Virus record (IMG/VR): IMGVR_UViG_3300022177_000079
Coordinates: 1-39,711 of that record
Source: a virus
Lineage: Duplodnaviria; Caudoviricetes
Direction: 5' to 3' (one strand)
Length of the DNA: 39,711 nucleotides
Part shown: one piece after another, positions 35,161-39,711 of the stretch
Numbering within the stretch: the first letter of the stretch is position 1
Layout of the letters: every line of letters begins with the position of its first letter
Translations under genes and position numbers: made by a program
Notes under the pieces: generated by a model
Seen by the model: the letters and a program-made list of their open reading frames with translations, nothing else
What the model was told of the DNA's origin: nothing
Databases searched by the model: none

Positions 35161-35546
35161 GGATCGCCATCTGTCAGATCGACGGCAAGTGGCCGAACCT
35201 TGCGCTGGCGAAGTTGGCCGCTGCTCATAAAGCGGATGGCGACGACGTTGAGTGGTTCATGCCGCTCGCCCGGTACGACATCGTGTGGGCCGCGAAGGTC
35301 TTCACTGATACCCCCGATGATCCGCACCTGCCGATCTCTGCGGCTCGCGGCGGGACTGGCTATCCGGCACTCGCCGACACACGCCTGAGGAAAGACGTGG
35401 AGGCGACCCGTCCCGACTTCTCCCTTTGGCCGTCCTGGAGCAAGAGCATGGGGTTTAGCACGCGCGGCCGCCAACTACCGACCCAATGGTGCCCGCGCAC
35501 CATCGGAGGACTACCAGCGACCGGCCTGGATGCAAGCCATCGTTGA
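35157..35546 (+). pseudogene. Truncated radical SAM family gene (N-terminal part only)
   Basis: IDGKWPNLALAKLAA.HK..GD.VEW...GGTGY...PDFSLW...GFSTRG matches the N-terminus of a phage radical SAM family, but the CxxxCxxC motif expected next is absent. Confidence 0.7.
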
Positions 35547-35564
35547 CGAGGAGATGAGCCAACC

Positions 35565-35834
35565 ATGACCAGGCAAGAGGCGACCGCCATCGTCGCCGAA
35601 CTCGCAGCATCCTATAGCGGTATCCGGCTGTCGGCGGATCGCGCAAAGGTCTATGAGGATGCCCTTCTGCCACTGCCGACACAGCAGACGCGAGCACCGC
35701 TGCTGCTACCCAAAGCGAGAGGCGGCGCATACAGAGGTGCCCGACCGCGTACCGGACGACATGCAACCCGCGCAATTTGCAGCGGATATCCCGTTTTGAC
35801 GATCATCACCCGCGAGTACCCGGAGGCGACATGA
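35565..35834 (+). pseudogene. Helicase loader/inhibitor (G39P-like) N-terminal fragment, apparently chimeric
   Basis: MTRQEATAIVAELAASY...VYEDALLPLP, after which the sequence is no longer family-like. Confidence 0.45.
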
Positions 35835-36013
35835 AAAACGTCGTGATCGGAACGATTGACCGTGGTGGATGCGCCGGATGTGCCTACGAGGCCGAACCGC
35901 TCTCGACTTGTCACTATGTTGTCTACGTCAACATATCGAGCGAGTGCGTAGTGTGCGAGGCCTTCACCCCGGCCGGACAGTCTGTCTGTGCGCACCCCGA
36001 GGTAACCCCATGA
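35831..36013 (+). CDS. Small Cys-rich protein
   Basis: GGAGG RBS, ATG 35831; CAGC, CVVC. Confidence 0.55.
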   Translation: MKNVVIGTIDRGGCAGCAYEAEPLSTCHYVVYVNISSECVVCEAFTPAGQSVCAHPEVTP

Positions 36014-36357
36014 GTGAGCACCCGCCCCTGCCGACGCATGTATCTGCTGATGGTCGCGAGCTATGGGACTGGGCAGCGAAGGCGGCTGAGACATGTGGTC
36101 GCAATGTGCGCATTGCTCAGCTGCGCGAGCAGATCGCAAAAAGGCGATGTGGGGGTTGTCGATGCTGGATGACGGATAAATGCCCCCGAGAGCAGCGCGG
36201 CCCAAATGGCCAGACGATGAAGGGTCCGCACATGTTCGCGCCCCCGTGCTCGTACTACGACGAGAAGCGCTGGGTAAAACGCCGGAGAGACGAACAGACG
36301 GCTGAACTTGCGGCGCTCCTCTCAGAAGCAACCCGCGAATACCCGGAGGCGACATGA
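36010..36357 (+). CDS. Cys-containing hypothetical protein
   Basis: ATG 36010 coupled; CGGCRCWMT..CPRE. Confidence 0.6.
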   Translation: MSEHPPLPTHVSADGRELWDWAAKAAETCGRNVRIAQLREQIAKRRCGGCRCWMTDKCPREQRGPNGQTMKGPHMFAPPCSYYDEKRWVKRRRDEQTAELAALLSEATREYPEAT

Positions 36358-36593
36358 ATATCCGCGACTACCTCACCATCGGTGGCTATGAGGGACTCAG
36401 GAGTGATGAGTGCGCCTGCGATCTGACGGACCTTGCCCCCTGCGACTGTCTAAGCCTCGATGAGTGCCAGCCTGCCTATCGCGTGCCCTGCACTAAGGAC
36501 AAGAAGGCGTGCGACTACTGCGACTGCCGTGTCAGTGAGAACGAGTGGTGCTACACGGTGCGGAAGCCTAGGGCGCAAAAGGAGGCGACATGA
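36354..36593 (+). CDS. Cys-rich hypothetical protein
   Basis: GYEGL...ECAC...LAPC...CQPAY. Confidence 0.65.
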   Translation: MNIRDYLTIGGYEGLRSDECACDLTDLAPCDCLSLDECQPAYRVPCTKDKKACDYCDCRVSENEWCYTVRKPRAQKEAT

Positions 36594-36838
36594 CCGACAA
36601 ACTCACCGCCGCAGGGATCGAGGTGCCGTTGGAGCTGGCGACCTATCGGGCTCGCTGGCGGGACCGCGCGTCGCTCGGGATGCAACTTTGCTGGGCTGAC
36701 GCTGCCATCCGCGCCCTAGAGGACCTGCTCGTGGACGCGACCAACGAACTCCGTCGAGGCAACCACATGTACGCCGAGCTGACCGACAAGTACACAGAGG
36801 CGCTGATGCGTGCGGAGAATGCGGAGGGCGAGGCATGA
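36590..36838 (+). CDS. Hypothetical protein
   Basis: RBS and coupling. Confidence 0.6.
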   Translation: MTDKLTAAGIEVPLELATYRARWRDRASLGMQLCWADAAIRALEDLLVDATNELRRGNHMYAELTDKYTEALMRAENAEGEA

Positions 36839-37080
36839 CTGACCAGGCCAAACTAGAGGCTGCCCTCTACGCCGCGAACGAGACCATCCGGCTGAAGGAC
36901 GCCCGTATCCGCGAGCTGGAGGGGGAGAACGAGTGGCTGCGAAACGTCCGACGCATCGAGATCCATCCCGAATGTGAGCCCGACGCCTACTTTCAGGCCC
37001 GGGGGGCTGTGGTGCCCACTGCGACCCACGAGCACCCGGAAGTGATCATCAGGCGGCTGCGGGAGGCTGACCATGACTGA
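36835..37080 (+). CDS. Hypothetical coiled-coil protein
   Basis: ATGA coupling. Confidence 0.6.
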   Translation: MTDQAKLEAALYAANETIRLKDARIRELEGENEWLRNVRRIEIHPECEPDAYFQARGAVVPTATHEHPEVIIRRLREADHD

Positions 37081-37381
37081 CGCCCTCGACGAGCTGCGCG
37101 AGATGGTGGAGCGCATAATCGAGCTCGAAGACGACCTCTACACCACCGGGGCACTTTGTGCGGTGCTGATGTGCATTGACGCTATCACAGGTAGACGCGC
37201 TCCGGCCGGTACTGGCACTGTCTCGGGGTATCAGGCACGCCAGGCGGTCTTTGACGAGTGCCCTGAAGACATAACGGAGACGCTGCTCTGGCGTGTGATG
37301 TTCGGTGACCCCGCGAAAGACGCAGAAACTTGTGTCTCCGACGCTCCTAGTGAACACCCGGAGGACGATCATGCAGTGTAA
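37073..37381 (+). CDS. Hypothetical protein
   Basis: GGAGG RBS. Confidence 0.55.
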   Translation: MTDALDELREMVERIIELEDDLYTTGALCAVLMCIDAITGRRAPAGTGTVSGYQARQAVFDECPEDITETLLWRVMFGDPAKDAETCVSDAPSEHPEDDHAV

Positions 37382-37793
37382 GCGCTGCGGCATCCCCATG
37401 CACACCGGCACTAAGTTTGCGCTCTGCGCGAATTGCCGCGCCGAGATCACGGAGGAGCAGTTCATTGGGTCGCTGCGCGATGCATGCGGCGCGGATTGGT
37501 TCAGCATCCGCGAGGCGAGCGAGCGGCTTGGGGTGCGCGAGATGATCATCACCAACCGGCTCTATGACGCATATCAGCGCGGCCTCTTAGAGCGCACAAC
37601 CACCGTCCGCGAAAACGGCAGGAGGGCCGCCCTGTACCGCATCTTCGAGCCGCACGGACGGCGCTGTGCCTATCCCGGCTGTCAGACGATCCTCAGCCGC
37701 TACAACCGGCGGACTTACTGCTATGCCCACGAGCGGCAGGCTATCGAGGAGGGCATCTACGAGGGCTCGTATCTGTGGAGTGAGGCATGCTAG
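37371..37793 (+). CDS. Zn-finger / winged-helix / Zn-finger DNA-binding protein (true start ATG 37371)
   Basis: CKRC..CANC, FSIREASERLGV...RGLLER...LYRI, CAYPGC.TILSRYN...CYAH. Confidence 0.7.
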   Translation: MQCKRCGIPMHTGTKFALCANCRAEITEEQFIGSLRDACGADWFSIREASERLGVREMIITNRLYDAYQRGLLERTTTVRENGRRAALYRIFEPHGRRCAYPGCQTILSRYNRRTYCYAHERQAIEEGIYEGSYLWSEAC

Positions 37794-38119
37794 GCGCCCG
37801 CACTAGCCACCTGGAGGCGACCCTCGCACTAGAGCTCCGCCACCTTGGCGTACGCGATCCTGTACGTGAGTATCGCTTCGCCCCTCCGCGTCGCTGGCGA
37901 TTTGATTTCGCCTGGCCCGAGCATCGTCTCGCGGTCGAGGTAGAGGGCGGTACCTATGTCCGGGGCCGCCACCAACGACCGGGCGGCTTCGCGGCCGACT
38001 GCGAGAAATACAACACGGCGACGGTGCTCGGCTGGCGTGTGCTGCGCTATACGGGCGAGATGGTCAGCAACGGCAGCGCGGCTAGGCAGATCGCGGCGGA
38101 GCTGGCGGCATGTCTCTAA
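37787..38119 (+). CDS. DUF559/Vsr-like PD-(D/E)XK endonuclease
   Basis: EYRFAPPRRWRFDFAWP...AVEVEGG...DCEKYN.A..LGWRVLRYT. Confidence 0.88.
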   Translation: MLGARTSHLEATLALELRHLGVRDPVREYRFAPPRRWRFDFAWPEHRLAVEVEGGTYVRGRHQRPGGFAADCEKYNTATVLGWRVLRYTGEMVSNGSAARQIAAELAACL

Positions 38120-38439
38120 CCGCGACCCCCACACGACCACGCTACAACGCCCGCCACGACGCCGACTACATCGACCGGGTGATCGTCGACGTGCTCTCTC
38201 ATTGGGGCTGCTACCGACGATTGCAGCGCACCGTTGGCGGCACATACGAGAGTGTCCGGGACGCCATAAAAGTTGCTGAGCGGCTAGGTTTCACATTCGA
38301 GGCCGACCACGATAAGGGTTATCGCGTCACTGGTTTCAAGCGCCGCCGGTACCTGCATGCAGACGTTGCCTGCCTGTGGCCGCTTGAGGATTCCGGCGGC
38401 GGACAGGTGCCCGGGCAGCTATCGATCGACGCCTGCTGA
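38110..38439 (+). CDS. Winged-HTH-like protein
   Basis: SVRDAIKVAERLGFTFEADHDKGYRV resembles the C-terminus of the 195-509 protein. Confidence 0.55.
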   Translation: MSLTATPTRPRYNARHDADYIDRVIVDVLSHWGCYRRLQRTVGGTYESVRDAIKVAERLGFTFEADHDKGYRVTGFKRRRYLHADVACLWPLEDSGGGQVPGQLSIDAC

Positions 38440-38481
38440 GCGGTAGGATACGGGCAGGGTATTTAGGGGAGGAGCGGGGCT

Positions 38482-39711
38482 GTGATTGAGGAGCGCGTTA
38501 CCAAGGCCGGCAAGAAGCGCTGGCGGGTGCGAATCACCACCGCCGGCGGGCAGAAGGTCACCGTCGGCACTTTCGAGCGGCTGCGCGGTGAGGGCGGCGC
38601 ACAGGAGGCAGAGCGGCAGGCCAGGGAGGAGCTTGCCGCCGGTCGTTTCGCCGGTCCCTGTAAACTGACCATCCGCCAGCTCATGGAGCGCTACTTACGG
38701 GACGGCGCGACGCTCTCCTGCCAAGACACCACCATCGCCCAGCACCGCAAGCTCGCCGCCTACTACGTCAATCCTCACATCGGCGATCTACGTTCCGCGC
38801 ACGTCTCGGCGGCACAGATCGCCACTTGGCAGGCCACGCTGCTACGTGAGGGCAAGCGCCGTCGTGGCGGGCCGCTTAGTCCAAAGACCGTCCGCAACGC
38901 TCGCGGGCTCGTCCACGCTATGTATGCCTGGGCGGCCTCTGTCCACCTGCTGCGCCTCAATCCGGTGGCCGACGTGGACCCGCCAGCGCTGGCGGACAAG
39001 GCGCTCCAGCTACCCGATATCGCCACCATCCAGCGCTACATCGACGAGATGCGCGGCACCCGCTACTGGATTGGCCTAGTGTTAGGCGCGGCCACCGGCA
39101 TGCGCCGTGGCGAGATCCTTGGCTTACGTTGGTGCGATGTGGACCTTGCAAGGGGCACCGTGACGATCAAGCGGGGGCTGGCACAGATCGATACGAGAGT
39201 GGTTGTCCACGGCCCTAAGACGCGCAGTGGTAAGCGCGTCGTGGTGCTGCCTGCCTTCGCGCTTACCGCCCTGCGGGAGCATCACCGCGCCGTGGCCGCC
39301 GACCTGCTCTTACGGGGCCGCTCGTGGGATAGGGAGGCGCGAGTCTGTGGCGATATCAAGCCCGACAGCTTCACCCGTGGGGTGCGCGATATCCCCGCCC
39401 GGCTTGGCTTGCCGCATATCAATCCCCACCGGCTCCGTCACGCGCTGGCCACTGAGATGCTGCGTCAAGGCGTCAACGCACAGGTGGTCCAAAAGCAGCT
39501 CGGGCACTCTCACGTGTCCACCACGCTGGGCATGTACGCGCACCTCACAGACGAGGATGTGGCTGCCGCCGCCGCCCTCTACGGCGAGGCGTGGCGCAAG
39601 GTGGATGAGGAGCGATCGGCTAAGCTTGGGTCCCATTTCGGACCCAAGAGACGCCATGCCCGTGCAGAGGCTGCCCAGCGCTGGGGTAAAGAGCCTGCAA
39701 AAGGGGCATGA
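38482..39711 (+). CDS. int: Tyrosine integrase
   Basis: TGMRRGEILGLRW, PKT, HRLRH, LGHS...T..MYAH; N-terminal arm-binding and SAM-like regions; GGAGGAG RBS. Confidence 0.96.
   Translation: MIEERVTKAGKKRWRVRITTAGGQKVTVGTFERLRGEGGAQEAERQAREELAAGRFAGPCKLTIRQLMERYLRDGATLSCQDTTIAQHRKLAAYYVNPHIGDLRSAHVSAAQIATWQATLLREGKRRRGGPLSPKTVRNARGLVHAMYAWAASVHLLRLNPVADVDPPALADKALQLPDIATIQRYIDEMRGTRYWIGLVLGAATGMRRGEILGLRWCDVDLARGTVTIKRGLAQIDTRVVVHGPKTRSGKRVVVLPAFALTALREHHRAVAADLLLRGRSWDREARVCGDIKPDSFTRGVRDIPARLGLPHINPHRLRHALATEMLRQGVNAQVVQKQLGHSHVSTTLGMYAHLTDEDVAAAAALYGEAWRKVDEERSAKLGSHFGPKRRHARAEAAQRWGKEPAKGA

Larger units (their letters stand above)
35808..36358 (+). repeat. 28-bp direct repeats (35808-35835 and 36331-36358) containing RBS and start
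   Basis: ACCCGCGA(G/A)TACCCGGAGGCGACATGAA, one mismatch. Confidence 0.85.
1..39711 (+). mobile_element. Temperate tailed phage / prophage (siphovirus-like tail, Mu-like head genes), essentially the whole window
   Basis: Terminase, portal, protease, capsid, tail tube, tape measure, endolysin, replication initiator and tyrosine integrase in canonical order; no host housekeeping genes; no sheath gene recognised. Confidence 0.96.

Noticed and set aside
1-39711. tRNA genes, terminal repeats or an att core duplication
   Set aside because: None recognised by eye; the window starts on ATG and ends on TGA, so it is probably trimmed to gene boundaries, and tRNAscan plus flanking sequence would be needed

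Overview
The whole window looks like one complete or near-complete, GC-rich temperate siphovirus or prophage genome, with almost all genes on the + strand. Gene order: small HTH genes; terminases; Mu-like head module (portal fused to a gpF-like domain, protease/scaffold, cement, capsid); non-contractile tail module; amidase endolysin; a second block of spike/fibre-like genes; metallophosphoesterase block; an insulated accessory island; lipoprotein transglycosylase and holin; a divergent control region with a LexA-type box; early recombination/replication genes (RecE-like nuclease, SSB-like protein, HNH-AP2, initiator with iterons); many small ORFs; tyrosine integrase. A GAAC-N4-GTTC box and apparently leaderless genes suggest an Actinomycetota-like or other Gram-positive-type host (inference). 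The most notable region is 25.5-27.4 kb: two terminator-bounded cassettes, each with a strong promoter, a small unknown gene and a DNA-binding regulator (one Aca2/DUF1870-like HTH, one RHH), sharing a 20-bp upstream motif. This is a candidate new anti-CRISPR/anti-defence island. Other items: a 6C-like C-rich double hairpin, an antisense sRNA, a candidate -1 frameshift producing a tailspike, duplicated tail chaperones, a conserved late-promoter motif and a patchwork of truncated genes. All family calls come from motif recognition by eye; no searches were run.
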